A DNA stretch of 63,990 bases, filler included, from Octopus bimaculoides (Eukaryota), in NCBI RefSeq assembly GCF_001194135.2. It is 4 parts of 4 records of this genome, joined end to end, with 100 filler letters (N's around TTAATTAATTAA, not from the genome) between each part and the next. Parts side by side here need not be neighbours in the genome. Positions count along the whole stretch, not along the records: positions 1 to 27,482 come from NC_068981.1; positions 27,583 to 55,645 come from NC_068998.1; 2 more parts are not named here. One strand, 5' to 3'. Under the pieces are notes generated by a model that had not been told where the DNA came from, searched no databases, and saw only the letters and a list, made by a program, of their open reading frames with translations. How positions within the stretch are numbered: position 1 is the stretch's first letter; each line of letters begins with the position of its first letter. The translations under genes were made by a program, and so were the position numbers. Of this stretch, positions 25,829 through 38,809 are shown piece after piece.

Positions 25829-26827
25829 CTCCTGTAGAGGACACTTCATGCATTGAGTACATATTAAATTTAATTTAACTTGACCAATATTTGTTAAGCA
25901 ATGAACAATTTTCATCAAAACAATGATACAATTTGTCGTCTTGGAACTTACATCTTATTTTTTGACTTCCAATTCAGGGGTTAGAACATTTTTTTCTAAC
26001 TAACGTTTCTTTCTCTCTCTCACTCCTGCTGTTGATTGTTTTCAACCATTACCATCACCAGTACCACCAACATCACCAGTACCACCAACATCACTAGTAC
26101 CACCAACATCACCACCACAACTGCAATACACACACCATTCAGATTTCTGACGCCAACACCATCAATACCTTTGACTTCACTGCCTTCCTCTCCACCACCA
26201 TCACTACTGTCTTTCACATCGTTTACTATCACCATTGTCTCTGAGTGCTTCAGCTACTACCACCACCACCACCACCACCATCATCACAGTCGCCTCCGCC
26301 TGTATCACAACTCATTCTATTACTATCACCCCATTACCATCACAACCATCCATCTACTACCGTCTCTATGCCTAGTATTACTTTCAATCCAACATGAGAA
26401 ATAGTAGGAGTGTCAATGAAGAGTGACACAGGATCGAAGTGTGACCCACGGACTCACAGAAATTCGTTTTCACATTTATTATATTAGATGAAATGTATTG
26501 AATTTTATCAAACATCCTACAAGGGCCAATTAAGGAACTTCTGAGGATCCAATTACCATTGCTACCACGGGTAAATGCATCCTTCGAATTATTTGAACGT
26601 AGCCGCTATTGTACGTATCATATTTGCGACTCTTGCCTATCTTACAGCAAATTACATACAGATATTTTTCTCTGTTTGTCTTGATATGAGACCACTATAT
26701 CGCGCACATGTGGTTGTGATGCATCTGCCTGGTGTACCCTTATCAGACGGGTAGTCATGATGGGTATAATGGACTTCGTATATTTTACCCCAGTGTAAAT
26801 TTGATGGCATGCAATGCTCTCTCACTC

Positions 26828-26887
<60 letters not shown>

Positions 26888-26925
26888 TATTATTATTATT
26901 TTTTTTTTTTTTTATTATTATTATT

Positions 26926-27256
26926 ATGTGGAATCTTAAAGCGAGAACTGTTCCTGCTACTGTGGGTACCTTAGGTATGATAAGAAAAGGATGTCAGAAT
27001 TATCTATATAATATCCCTGGGGAACCATGTCGTAGAGAAATCCATGAGATTGTGCTGAGAAGTACTACCCACATACCAAGAAAAAAGCTATCAATTTACA
27101 TGTCTGTATTGTATCACAAGAAGATATTTCGCTACTGCCCCTGCCATTTCACCTCCCCAAGCTTTCAATCATACTGAAACATCTCTTATCCTTCACTCGC
27201 TCTAGGACGCTAGGTGTGTCTCGCCAAGAGATCGTAACAAACATGTAGATTAAATG
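26926..27256 (+). mobile_element. R4/Dong-type LINE 3' end (ORF C-terminus and 3' UTR)
   Basis: WNLKARTVPATVGTLGMIRKGCQNYL..IHEIVLRSTTHIPRKKL fits the W..K..vP.v.GalG...QK..L.gTa.IlR..L pattern of R4-clade C-termini; followed directly by (TAA)n. Confidence 0.7.
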
Positions 27257-27272
27257 TAATAATAATAATAAT

Positions 27273-27365
<93 letters not shown>
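27257..27365. repeat. (TAA)n microsatellite
   Basis: Direct reading. Confidence 0.95.
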
Positions 27366-27367
<2 letters not shown>

Positions 27368-27482
27368 ATAGAGCACTCAATGAACAAATGGCAGACAGTG
27401 CTACAGCTCCAAACAAAAGAGGGACTTGTGAAAACGAAAGCCATCCCCATTAGAAGAGGAATATTCCAGGGAGACACGCTCT
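27368..27482 (+). mobile_element. 5'-truncated R4/Dong-type LINE, RT fragment
   Basis: Uninterrupted frame IEHSMNKWQTVLQLQTKEGLVKTKAIPIRRGIFQGDTL (RGIFQGDSLSP motif), cut off by the linker gap. Confidence 0.75.
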
Positions 27483-27582
27483 NNNNNNNNNNNNNNNNNN
27501 NNNNNNNNNNNNNNNNNNNNNNNNNNTTAATTAATTAANNNNNNNNNNNNNNNNNNNNNNNNNNNNNNNNNNNNNNNNNNNN
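27483..27582. other. Artificial scaffold linker 44N-TTAATTAATTAA-44N
   Basis: Exactly 100 bp, with a central 12-mer giving stops in all six frames; the construct recurs three times. Confidence 0.9.
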
Positions 27583-27917
27583 AGAGGTCAGAGCTCAGTT
27601 ACCGAACGTTTCATTTGGGTCACTTTTTATTTATTTATTTATTCATTTATTTATTCATTTATTTATTTATTTATTGTCATTAAATATACTTTACAGGGAA
27701 ATAAATTCGGATAGAGAATCTATTTCGAGAAAGAAGAACAAGTACATTTCATCTGAAGAGACAACATGTTGTTTTGATAGCTGCTATTATCTAACCCCGG
27801 ATCAATCATGATCCAGCAGACTTTGATAAAATGCATTCCAGCCCTGAATATCCAATCTGATTTGTAGATTTTTTAATTATTATTTAAGTTGCATTAGCCA
27901 ATATGATCTTCCTTGTT

Positions 27918-28235
27918 TGGAGATGTCTGGCTTAGTGGTTAAGACCTTGGGCTAACGGTTTGTAGTGGTGGAATCGATTTCTGGACTCAGTAGTTTGTTG
28001 TGTGCTTGAGTAAGGTATTTCTTTCAGTTTGCTTCCGTACATTCAACTAAAAATGCCTGTCAGCCACATGCAGTTCGATGGAGAGTTTTGTACTCTTAGC
28101 ATAAAGAACCTCCCTAACTCCGATAGGCTCTGGCGTCGTGAGCCAACAAGCACCAGGCAGGACGAGATACTAGGGTAATTTAGTTGCTATCTCTAGCATG
28201 CCAAGCAACTATGTAAAGGCTTCCTCGTCCAGTAG
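27918..28235 (+). mobile_element. Degenerate tRNA-derived SINE
   Basis: tggcttagtggttaag A-box-like and gaatcgatttc B-box-like head; tail gggtaatttagttgctatctctagca is echoed at ~50690. Confidence 0.5.
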
Positions 28236-28639
28236 ACAAGCATAAGTTATATTTGTTTTCCGTGAAGTAGAAGAATTCGAAATTCATGACACGATGTTCT
28301 AAGTTTGATTTTCCTTCGCGGCCATCGACATGGACCTTTATCATTCCGGAATTGATATAATAAATACCAGCCAAGTACAGAGACCTATACAATCGATCGT
28401 TCACTCACCTTGTGGCTATGTCAGATATCAGTAATTTTTGCTGTAATAGTAATAGTTATGGATATGTCGCCACAAGCAGCTCGATTCAAATAGACCTATG
28501 GCTTGGAAATCATTGGTCGAATATCTAGTGAGCGACCAGCAAGCCCGATATTCAAGATATTTCATGACATTTTTAATGTATTTATTCTTTTCAGTGCGTT
28601 GCTGTTGGAGATATAACCAACGATAATATATTGGTTTCA

Positions 28640-28863
28640 AATTTTGGCACAAGGCCATCAGTCTCAGGGTAAGTCGATTGCATCGGCTCTAGTGTTCAAC
28701 TGGTACTTATTTTATCGACTTCGGTCGAATGAAAGGCAAAGTCGACCTCGGAAGGATGAAAGGCGAAGTCGACTCCGGCGGCATTCGAACTCAGAACATA
28801 AAGACGGACTAAATGCCGCTAAGCACTTCGTCCGGCATGCAAACGATTCTGCCAGTTCCCCGC
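28640..28863 (-). mobile_element. SINE family B (MetaSINE-like core) with internal duplication
   Basis: Core gcctttcatcc..gtcgataaaataagtaccag, which from recall resembles the Sauria/Meta domain. The atgaaaggc.aagtcgac..cgg segment occurs twice in tandem. Confidence 0.8.
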
Positions 28864-29605
28864 ATGACAAAAACGATGTTGAAATATTAGTAGTCGGTTC
28901 ATTCGGCTCTAACCCTTTCCCTTTTGAGAAGTTCTTTTATATACTTATTATAAAACATTTATTTTTAGATGACCATTATTGATTATTTGCGGAAAGTGAG
29001 TCCTTGGATTTGCTTGTCACAAATTGAGGAATTAAGTCAGTTCTTTTTGCTGCACATTAATAGAAAGGAAGAAAAGTGTTCTCTAATGTAGAGGAAGAAG
29101 TGTTTTCATCATGTTTTTGTTTGTATGTATATTTATTTTGCTAAAATGTTTAGGAGACATGAAGTGAAAATTAACCCCGAAAGTGTCGTATATTGAGTTG
29201 TGTGTTTCATGACAGCTAAAGTAATTTCCGGAACTGAACAATAAAAGTATGTCTGTATATCTTTTCTTTTGAATTGTCATTAGTCCCGTCAAAATGGCCG
29301 GAAATTTGTTTTTGTCGTTTCCGTTTGCTTGGAAAATAAGAATAAGAAAGCCATTAAACTCTGACTATCTTTATAATAGAACCGGTAACAATATGAAATA
29401 TCATGATGAAATAGTTTATATCATAAATGGGAACTGCCTGAATCTTTAGCGATAAAAGAAATTTTTGTTTTGTTCATTTTTGGCGCTTTTTGTTTTATGT
29501 TTTCTTCCATAGTTTTAAATATTAAGTACATTTTAAATACCTCATAAAAGCATGTAAATATCTGTGTCACTTGGCGGTTATTTATCTCACAGAGATCGTA
29601 AGCCC

Positions 29606-29883
29606 CGATCATTTGTGTACATACATACATACACACAGACAGACAGACAAACAGACAAACAGACAAACAGACAAACAGACAGATAGACAGACAGGCAAAC
29701 AAACAGACAGACTGACAGACTGACAGATTGACAGACATATAGATAGATAGACAGACAGACAGACAAAACGACAGACAAACAGGCAGACAGAAAGATAATA
29801 GATAGATAGATAGACAGACCGACAAATAGATAGATAAACGCATACGTACACACATAAATGCATGCATACGTACATACATACAT

Positions 29884-29914
<31 letters not shown>

Positions 29915-29985
29915 GAGACAAAGCGACAGACAGACAGATAGCTAGCTAGATAGCTTGATAGATAGACAGACAGACAAACAGCTAA

Positions 29986-30042
<57 letters not shown>

Positions 30043-30085
30043 AATGGACAGGCAGGCCGACAGAAATGAAAATAGACAGATAGAT
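29606..30085. repeat. Compound tetranucleotide array (ACAT/ACAG/ACAA/AGAT)
   Basis: Direct reading; source of the CLSV/YLSI ORFs. Confidence 0.95.
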
Positions 30086-31427
30086 GCATGCACGCATGTG
30101 TATATATGTTTGCCAGGCCACTTGTAAGTCTCTCATGAAGGCTACTTGTTACATGGAATCCGGTACAGCCTGTTGCATGGATTGTCGGCAACTAAATTGG
30201 CACCTCACCAGCCTGGTGAGGAGGGTTGCTAGAAACCTAACCGGCCTAAAAGCAAGACTTGTTAAAAGGACGAACGAACCCAGTGTTGGTTCGACGACTG
30301 TCTAGCAATAGCACGGGCTCTCAGAAATCCTGGGTTACTATCTGGAGTGCTGGATGATGTTCTTGATGGACATGTTCACAACTTCCGCTTTGTATACTTC
30401 CTTCAGTTTATACCTTTCATTTAAAAATCAGAAATGGTCGTAGTTTTGTACCATCAACGCGTTATGTTAAAACAAGTGTGTCGTGTGCTTTTGAATGGTC
30501 ACATGTTTTAATAGTGACAGATTTAGCATTTCTGTTTTATAGATGGTACTTAAAATAGCAGATTGACTTCGTCCATATTTGCTCTCAGTTTAAGTTCAAA
30601 ATTATTTTCTTTTCCTATATTAATCACATACCTGCAAAACTCAATGATTTTATCATCGTTTTCAGAAGGTTCCGCTTTAGTAATATTTTTTTTTGGGGGG
30701 GGGAGCCCCTTAACCCAAACCTTTCTCTGAACAGAGCAGCTTTGGGAGTATGTGCGTGTGGTTTCTTTATATTTTGGTTTGAGGAATTACCAACAGAATA
30801 TGAAATCACAAATTCAGCGGTGGTACTTTGTATTACCACGATCCGTCAACAGGATATAACACCATCGCTGTTGTTTGGTCAATCACTTACTATGTAGCTG
30901 ATTGACAGCTGAGGTTGTCGACATACCGTTAATCTTGTTAATTGTATTTTCATTCGCCAGTAAATCTCAAACAAATGTTTCTAAAGGCTACGCGATCGTA
31001 AGATAATGTAAGATATTTTGTGTATTGTATATACTGTGGAAAGGACCATAGTGGATGAGATGACCTTCTATTGTGAACAAAGTCAATATTTATCTGTAAC
31101 TTTGCGTTAAGAGATAATGATACAGCCACTCTTGAATATTACATGCCTTATTCATTTTGTCAACGATCTATAATCAAATTGCTTTGAAGTCACAGAAGAA
31201 TGCCTTCTTTATCTGTCATGAGATGACTCGCTTGTTTGTCATAGGGATTGATAATTTTTTATTGTGACAACATGAAAGGGACACTGAAGAACATCTGTGA
31301 TTATTTCGATTGTTTATAGTTATTTTATTTTAGTTATATTTTTAATAAAGCAGTTCTTGCACCTTGTAGACTGCTACCCGCACGACTTATTAACCAGGTT
31401 CGTGCGCCTGGTTTCTTTAATAGCTCA

Positions 31428-31472
<45 letters not shown>

Positions 31473-31519
31473 GAAGGACTTCGTTATACATTATATGTGT
31501 GTGTGTGTGTGTGTGTGTT

Positions 31520-31720
31520 TTCCCTCCAACACCGCCTGACAACCGGTAGTGGTATGTTTACATCTCCATAACTTTGTGAGTTAGGCAAAAGACACCGATA
31601 GAATAAATTATAGGCTTAAGAAATCAGTCCCGGGGTCGATTTGTTCGACTAAAATCCTTCAAGGCGGCGCTCCAGTATGGCGGCAGTCAAATAAGTGAAA
31701 CAAGTAAAAGAATGAAATAA
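31520..31720 (+). mobile_element. SINE family A, 3' half
   Basis: gacaaccgg..ggcaaaagacaccgatagaataa..ggggtcgatttgttcgactaaaatccttcaaggcgg..gaaacaagtaaaagaatgaa. Confidence 0.8.
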
Positions 31721-32058
31721 TATACTATGGGTAGTAAAATGTTATAACTGCGTTATATACGGATTATAAAATAAGCAAGAGCAAGCCTAGTTTACTTCGA
31801 GTGCATGTTGCGTACACATTTACTCAGTCCAATCTATTTTTATCAAGATGGTAATTTTACTTATACCTATCAGGCTTTCTAACGCTTGATGTTTTTGAGT
31901 TACACAACTTTCCTTAAATTGATATCTCCTGGCAATGACTTTCACGTACTTTGTATCTAGGAATGATAACGACTAGGAACATTAAATATGTATAAAATAA
32001 TATTTGGGTCAGTTGCAATTAATGTAATCGATAATAAAAGCAACAAAACAGCGCTAGT

Positions 32059-32449
32059 TGTTGTTGTTGTTGGCACTCCGTCTCTTACGACGTCGAGGGT
32101 TCCAGTTGATCCGATCAACGGAACAGCCTGCTCGTGAAATTAACGTGCAAGTGGCTGAGCACTCCACAGACACGTGTACCCTTAACGTAGTTCTCGGGGA
32201 TATTCAGCGTAACACAGTGTGACAAGGCTGACCCTTTGAAATACAGGTACAACAGAAACAGGAAGTAAGTGTGAGAGAAAGTTGTGGTGAAAGAGTACAG
32301 CAGGGTTCTCCACCATCCCCTGCCGGAGCCTCGTGGAGCTTTAGGTGTTTTCGCTCAATAAACACTCACAACGCCCACTCTGGGAATCGAAACCGCGATC
32401 CTATGACCGCGAGTCCGCTGCCCTAACCACTGGGCCATTGCGTTTCCAC
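32059..32449 (-). mobile_element. Intact tRNA-derived SINE family C with (CAA)n tail and 45-bp flanking direct repeat
   Basis: Minus head GTGGAAACGCAATGGCCCAGTGGTTAGGGC..GGTTTCGATTCCC (A and B boxes) and (CAA)n tail; 32014-32058 repeats at 32450-32494. Confidence 0.85.
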
Positions 32450-32749
32450 TGCAATTAATGTAATCAATAATAAAAGCAAGAAAACAGCACCAGTAGAGCT
32501 CTTGATTAAAAACTATATTTTTACAATGATGATTTATCTATTGGAAAAATGTTATTACGCATTTAAATGTAAGATAAAAAAATACACCAGAATTTGAACT
32601 TTGACAGACCTTAATTTATTGAACAGATACGAGTAATTTAGATAGTGCCCTCTTTTGACATCGGTTTGTAAACATATAGAATTGATTATTGCCATTTCAG
32701 GTCATTGTGAAATAAAATCTGTCTCAATGACTTTATTAATATTGATTCC

Positions 32750-32935
32750 AAACTTTGGCACAAGGTCAGCAATTTAAGGTGTGGTGGTGGGTAACTCGAT
32801 TATATCAACCCCAGAATTTAACTGATACTTATTTTATCAACCCCGAAAGGTAAGGTCGACCTCTGCGGAATTTGAACTCAGAACGCAAAGACGGTGGAAA
32901 TGTTGCTAACGATTCTTGCCATGTCACCGCCCTCG
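32750..32935 (-). mobile_element. SINE family B
   Basis: ttggcacaagg..gatacttattttatcaaccccgaaagg..gtcgacctc.gcggaatttgaactcagaacg. Confidence 0.8.
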
Positions 32936-34499
32936 GTGACTTTATTAATGTTAAAGCAATTAAAAGATTAATTTTTCATTCTGAGCCTTTTTTTTTTACT
33001 TAAAATCAAAAAAAAAAAAAAAATGTAATTAACCGGCCAGTTTCACGTAGCTTTTATGTGAACAGTTCGTCATTTTGCGAAGTTATACAATTAAAACTAT
33101 GATGGTATGCAAATAAGCGGAACCAACTGAACCAAATTTGAATTTCAGAAGAGTTGTCTATTGATATTAGACTTCTCTTCCGCGAGATAAAATAATTTAT
33201 TCCGCTTTGCCAACTTTTTCTATCACTATTCGTCGGTTAAGAGGCGTTACCATAGCCAGTGAGGGTTATCTGAAGCGTGGTTAATGCTTGTTGAAAACTA
33301 TTTATCACTTAAGACCATCTCGGAATTTCCCCGTAGAGTTTCAATTTGACTAAACGTTTATTTGTATTGTTTTGAAGAGAGCAAAAATGGCCGAGTTGAT
33401 AACTAAACTGTGTATCTTGTCACTGATGAAGAATTTTTTCTGTGAATAAGTCACTTAGCTCCGAAATAGTCCAGTCTAACAACCTGAAAATTGGTGCTGC
33501 AGGATAAAAACATCTTAAAACTCGTGCAAGGAATCGCAGTACAGTTAATTTTAACGAATGCATCATTTTCTTAAAAGCTAGGTTTAAACTAATGAAATTT
33601 CAAGTAATTACTGGATTATCTGACAACAGCTACCTCTAGCAAAAAAGTGCTCACATTTTATGAAATATTAATTTGTTCCTCTTTTATATTTAGATGCTTA
33701 AAAATTTATGAAGAATCATTCTATTACATACCAACAACGAACTGCTCTCTAAAAACAGTAAAACCAACTAAAATAATCCGTAGAATATCGGACAAAAGTC
33801 CTTGTAATTTTATAGCGTTTCTTTATGTTTTAAGTTCAAGTCTTGCCTAGGTCGACTTTTGCCTGTCGATTTTTGCCTTTCATTCTTCCGATGTTAATAA
33901 AAGAAGTATTAGTCGAATACGGATGCTTTGAATAGTTGGACATATAGTGTCTATCCAAAATTTGTACTAGTATCAAGTCTCTTTTGTGCTTTTTAAAATG
34001 TGATTCTATTTTCTTCTTGATCCGTACAACATCAGGAAATCTATGCAAATTTTGTATAAGCGCAGTAAATTTCATTTTGATTGGGGAGGGGATTGATTCC
34101 CCTTCAGTGGGTGTAGGTGTCACTACATAAGAGATGAGTTCTTCATACTACTTGTTTGTAAGTTTATTAATATTTTTAACATTCCTTATGGTGGTTATTT
34201 TGCTTTGTTTAATATAATCTTTCTGGCTGTCGTATTCCTTCCGAGGAAGAATCGATTATATTTTTAGTGCTAGGCAGTAATATAAAACGAAAATATTTTT
34301 TAAAACGGTGATTGTTGTTTAATCCAGTTAAAGGATAGACCTTCCAAAATGGTCCTTGTGTAAAGATCCTTGTGTGAAATGAAATCCAAAATGAAAGTTA
34401 CTTTCAATTATACTTGAAAACCATCAATGAAAATCGGAGCAAAATTTTTCACATCAGACATCAGAAACAACAACGACGACGACTACAGTAACAACAACA

Positions 34500-34950
34500 G
34501 TAATCCTTTCTACCATAAGCACAAGGCCTGAAATTTGGGGGAGGGTTATAAGTCGATTGCATCGACTCCAGTACTCAAATGGTACTTATTTTATCGACTC
34601 CGAAAGGATGAAAGGCAAAGTCGACCTCGGCGGAATTTGAACTCATAACGTAAAGACGGACGAAATACCGCTAACCATTTCCCCCCGGCGTGCTAACGAT
34701 TCTGCCAGCTCACCACGTTACTCTCTACCATCATAATAGTTTCTAATTTAAGCACAATGCGAATAGTTTTCATAGGAGGGAATTAGTCAACTACATCGAC
34801 TAAAGTACTTGAGTAGTACGTTATTTTATCGACCCCCGAGAAGATTAAAGGCAAATTTGACCTCGGCAAGATTTGAAGTCAGAACGTAAAATGGCGTTTT
34901 AAATACCGCAAAGCTTTTTCTCCGATGCTCTCACAATTCTTTCCTCCTCT
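34500..34950 (-). mobile_element. Two tandem SINE family B copies
   Basis: Two successive tacttattttatcgac..aaaggcaa..gacctcggc..atttgaa.tca.aacgtaaa blocks (34500-34720 well preserved, 34740-34950 degenerate). Confidence 0.85.
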
Positions 34951-35499
34951 ATCGATTTATTGGTAATCAACGAGACCGTGGTGAAATGTCAATCCTTAAC
35001 AGAAGTTATTTCACAACACTTAGTCTCTCTGAATGGTATGAGGAAAGCTAGAAATGAATATACCCCCTTTGCATATTCCCTAAATATAGAAAAATATTTT
35101 CATAACCAAAAGAATGAAACACATACGGATATTGATTTATCAATAATATTCTTTCTTCTATAACACAGTTATAGAGTTTTTTGTTTTGTTGTTTTGTTGT
35201 TTTGTCTTTTTTTACTAGTTGCCTGAAACTATAAAACTGAATAAATAGTTTCTTACAACAATGACAAGAATCACGAGGAAATGGAGGAGACCGCGGCGAT
35301 AACTCAATTCCACTCGCTTGAAAGAGCAGTCATCTCTCCCTCCCTTGAATAACATTCTGGAATATTCTTTTAACATATACTAATGTGTTTAATTGTCCGA
35401 AAAATATAATCGTATCAGCAACTGATTCCAGATATCTAGATACTGAAACGCTATTTGTAGAGAAAGCTACTCTACATCTTAATAATGGCTTTAAATTTT

Positions 35500-35620
35500 G
35501 GCCCAACGTCGGCAATTTCGTGGGAGTGGGTCGGTCGATTATATCGATCCCAGTGAAAGACAGACGAAATGTTGCAAAGCATTTTGTCCGGCGTGCTAAC
35601 GATTCTGCTAGCTCATCGTC
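35500..35620 (-). mobile_element. SINE family B, internally deleted
   Basis: gacgaaatg..gcattttgtccggcgtgctaacgattctgctagctc head. Confidence 0.65.
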
Positions 35621-35769
35621 GTCTTCCACTGCATCTTAATAATTTGGGTTAATCACAGTTGAGATGCTTTTGGTCAAAGCCTAATCCGGGGCCACACCAG
35701 AGATAATTATTGCAAGTTTATCATTAAAACAATGATATTATCACTAGTCGATTTTTTAAAAAATAATTC

Positions 35770-36276
35770 CCCGGATGATATATATCTTCAGTGATCATGG
35801 ACTGAACTGAACCATAACCATTCTGCACATCCTCTGATAAGTCATGGATGGTGATTCGACGATTTCCCGTCACAGCTGCTGGCGCATCTGCGATATTTTT
35901 CTCAGTTCTGCTGGTTGCGTGTCTCTCAGAATATTCGTCACTATCGACATTTTTTTCGGCCATCTTGGAAACGTCTGAACCACTCGTACATTTGTGTGCA
36001 GCTCATATATTCCTCTCAATACACTTTCTGCAACTTTACGTAGGCTTCTGAGCAGGTATCACCATGACAACTTTCTCTGTCATGGACAATGCAATGATCA
36101 CATACTACACACCTTCCTTCAAAGCACTGCTGTAAGCAGCAATAGTAAGCTAGAACGTTAAACTTAGTGCGCATGCACAACTGAGTTCAAGGTCAATCTG
36201 TGCCAAGCGGCTTTACTATGCGTACTTTCGCTTCATTACTATGACAACAGTCCGGAAACTTAATGATCAGACCTCG
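35770..36276 (-). mobile_element. Mariner 5' fragment
   Basis: CGAGGTCTGATCATTAAGTTTCCGGA terminus; translation MYEWFRRFQDGR..VDSDEYSERHATSRT..NRRITIHDLSEDVQNGYGSVQSMITED. Confidence 0.8.
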
Positions 36277-37953
36277 TGCATATACATATATATATGTAAG
36301 TATATAAGCATATACCACGATATATATGTGTGTATACATTATACATACATACATACATACATACATACATACAATGTATACATAAAACATACAAATCTGC
36401 ACATACATACATACTCTGTTGTTGATGTTGAAATTCCAATGAAGGAACCTTGGGTCTAGGTTAGAAACCGGTTCTTTCTATATTGGCAAGAAATCTTAAA
36501 ATAAACTGAATAATGACGTACATACATATTTACATATATCCATGCATGCATGCATGCAGGTATGTATGTATAAATGAATAAAATCTAAGTAGTATATGCT
36601 TTCACAAAATATGATTTGTGTGACGTTTTGTCTTTCAACCATACAATTATTTCTGCTCACATATTTCAGTTTTATTCAGCTAGAAAATTAGAGTATAGTT
36701 GCTCGGAGGAAGGTGGGTATCGACTATAGGCTACCGCCCAGTCCCGAGGAAATTTTGTTTGATCAGCTTAACGCTATATAAACAGGACATAAGCGCCAAC
36801 TCTTTGGATCTTTAGATATGCACACACACGCGCATACACACACATACACACACACACACACACGCACACGCGCGCGCGCGCACACATACACACATACACG
36901 CACACACGCACGCACACACACACACACACATACACACACACACGCACACACGCACGCACACNNNNNNNNNNNNNNNNNNNNNNNNNNNNNNNNNNNNNNN
37001 NNNNNNNNNNNNNNNNNNNNNNNNNNNNNNNNNNNNNNNNNNNNNNNNNNNNNNNNNNNNNNNNNNNNNNNNNNNNNNNNNNNNNNNNNNNNNNNNNNNN
37101 NNNNNNNNNNNNNNNNNNNNNNNNNNNNNAGCAGTTAGAAACCGAGAAAGAAAGAGATCAGTAATAAAGTAAGGCGGTCTTAATTAGGTTTCACAAGCAC
37201 TGAAAATATATACCACTAGCCTCCCCCCCAGCCACCCCCCCCTCGCATTATTTCATTACAAATTTCGTTAAAGTATTTCTTTTGCCCTTTAAGTGTCTCT
37301 ATATGATTACACAGTCAGTCAATGGCGGCTGGAATAAACTACAAATCACGAAACCAAATATAATTATATTATGAATGTATAAGATAACAAGTTTCCATAA
37401 ACAATGTATCCACACGGATAATGGAGCAATTAAAATGAACAGTGGTTGACGAACAGTAGAAATATTTTCCAGTAGGTTCTACAAAGGACGGCTAGACCAT
37501 AATAATAAGGAAAAAATAAGAAAGAAAAACAAGAAGGAAGGGCAAGTAATGAAAAGCTGACAGCTGATCGATTGCTAGCTAAACATTTCAAATTAAAGTC
37601 GAAATAAAATAAAAATAAAAAGTCTGTCTTACGTATTCATAGCGGAGCCAATGTGAAACTGAAATAAACCAGCGTTGAGTTAAAACAAACAAATGAGTTG
37701 AAAAGAGTTAGATTGCCACAAGCTAAATTGTATTGTTATGGTTGAGATTGAAGAGTGGCAGCTATAAAATATGTCGAAGTCACTCTACACTGCTTGGAAT
37801 TTTGATTAATTGTTTGCTTCACTTTTAGTCCAGCAGTTTCTACCAGTTTATGATGAATAAAGAAGTGTACTGGCGGTTTAAATCGATATGGTATCGGATT
37901 ACCATTCAATAGGTCGACATTTCGTATCACATCACTGGAGCGTTTGTCTAAAC

Positions 37954-38261
37954 CTGTGGTTCTCAACTGGGGTCCATATGGCTCCAGGTGTGGAGGGGCA
38001 TATGATATTTCTAGGGGTCCACACAAGCAAAATAGTGAATTGGGGAAGCACAGTAGTAGTTTAGGGGTCCTTGAAAAAAATTCTGCTTTAGATGCATTTA
38101 TTGCAAGGGAACGTGTGAAGAAACAAAATAGGAATTTTAAAAGAAGTATCTATAAAACTAGATTCTAAACATCGAATGACTATGGGGTGGGGTTCCACCA
38201 AAATTAAATAGTCATCAAAAGGGTCGATAGGTAAAAAAAAGAAAATAGTTCAGAACCATTG
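37954..38261. mobile_element. hAT (Charlie-like) MITE
   Basis: TIRs CTGTGGTTCTCAAC and GTTCAGAACCATTG; 8-bp TSD GTCTAAAC (37946-37953) and GCCTAAAC (38262-38269). Confidence 0.85.
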
Positions 38262-38406
38262 GCCTAAACTGAAGACAAGCGATTCTGTTCTTATAATAGT
38301 GCTTTAGTGAGATTCTGAGTGTTGTAGGTATGCCAAGGTGTTTTGATGGGAATTAAGCCTATAAAGTTGGGGACTTTGCTCCTCGAATATCCATGTGATC
38401 TGAGAT

Positions 38407-38809
38407 TTGAGTATCCTTTACTTGTTTTAGTCATTAGATTGCGGCCATACTGGGGCACCGCCTTGAGAAATTTTAGTCGAACTGATCACTCCAGTACTTA
38501 TTTTATTTCTAAACCTGGTACTCATTCTATGAAGTTCTATTGCCGAACCGCTAAGTTACGGAAATGTAAATACACCAACGCCGGTTGTCAAGCGGTGGTA
38601 GGGGACAAACATTGATAGAAAGACCCCCCCCCACACATATATATATATATATATATATACACAACGGGCTTCTTTCAGTTTCCGTCTACCAAATCTACTC
38701 ACAAAGCTTTGGTCGGCCTGAAGCTATAGTAGAAGTTGCCACGCAGTGGGACTGAACCTGGAACCATGCGGATGGGAAGCAAGCTTCTTACCACACAACC
38801 ACTCCTGTA
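38407..38809 (-). mobile_element. SINE family A, full length
   Basis: Both head and tail blocks present, with an internal (TA)n. Confidence 0.85.

Noticed and set aside
26054-26120. 18-bp tandem repeat giving a mucin-like (TSTTNI)n ORF
   Set aside because: It lies in a CAC/CAT-rich low-complexity tract with no convincing splice sites.
32380-32449. Possible tRNA gene
   Set aside because: A and B boxes are present but continue into a SINE body and tail; I see no complete cloverleaf.
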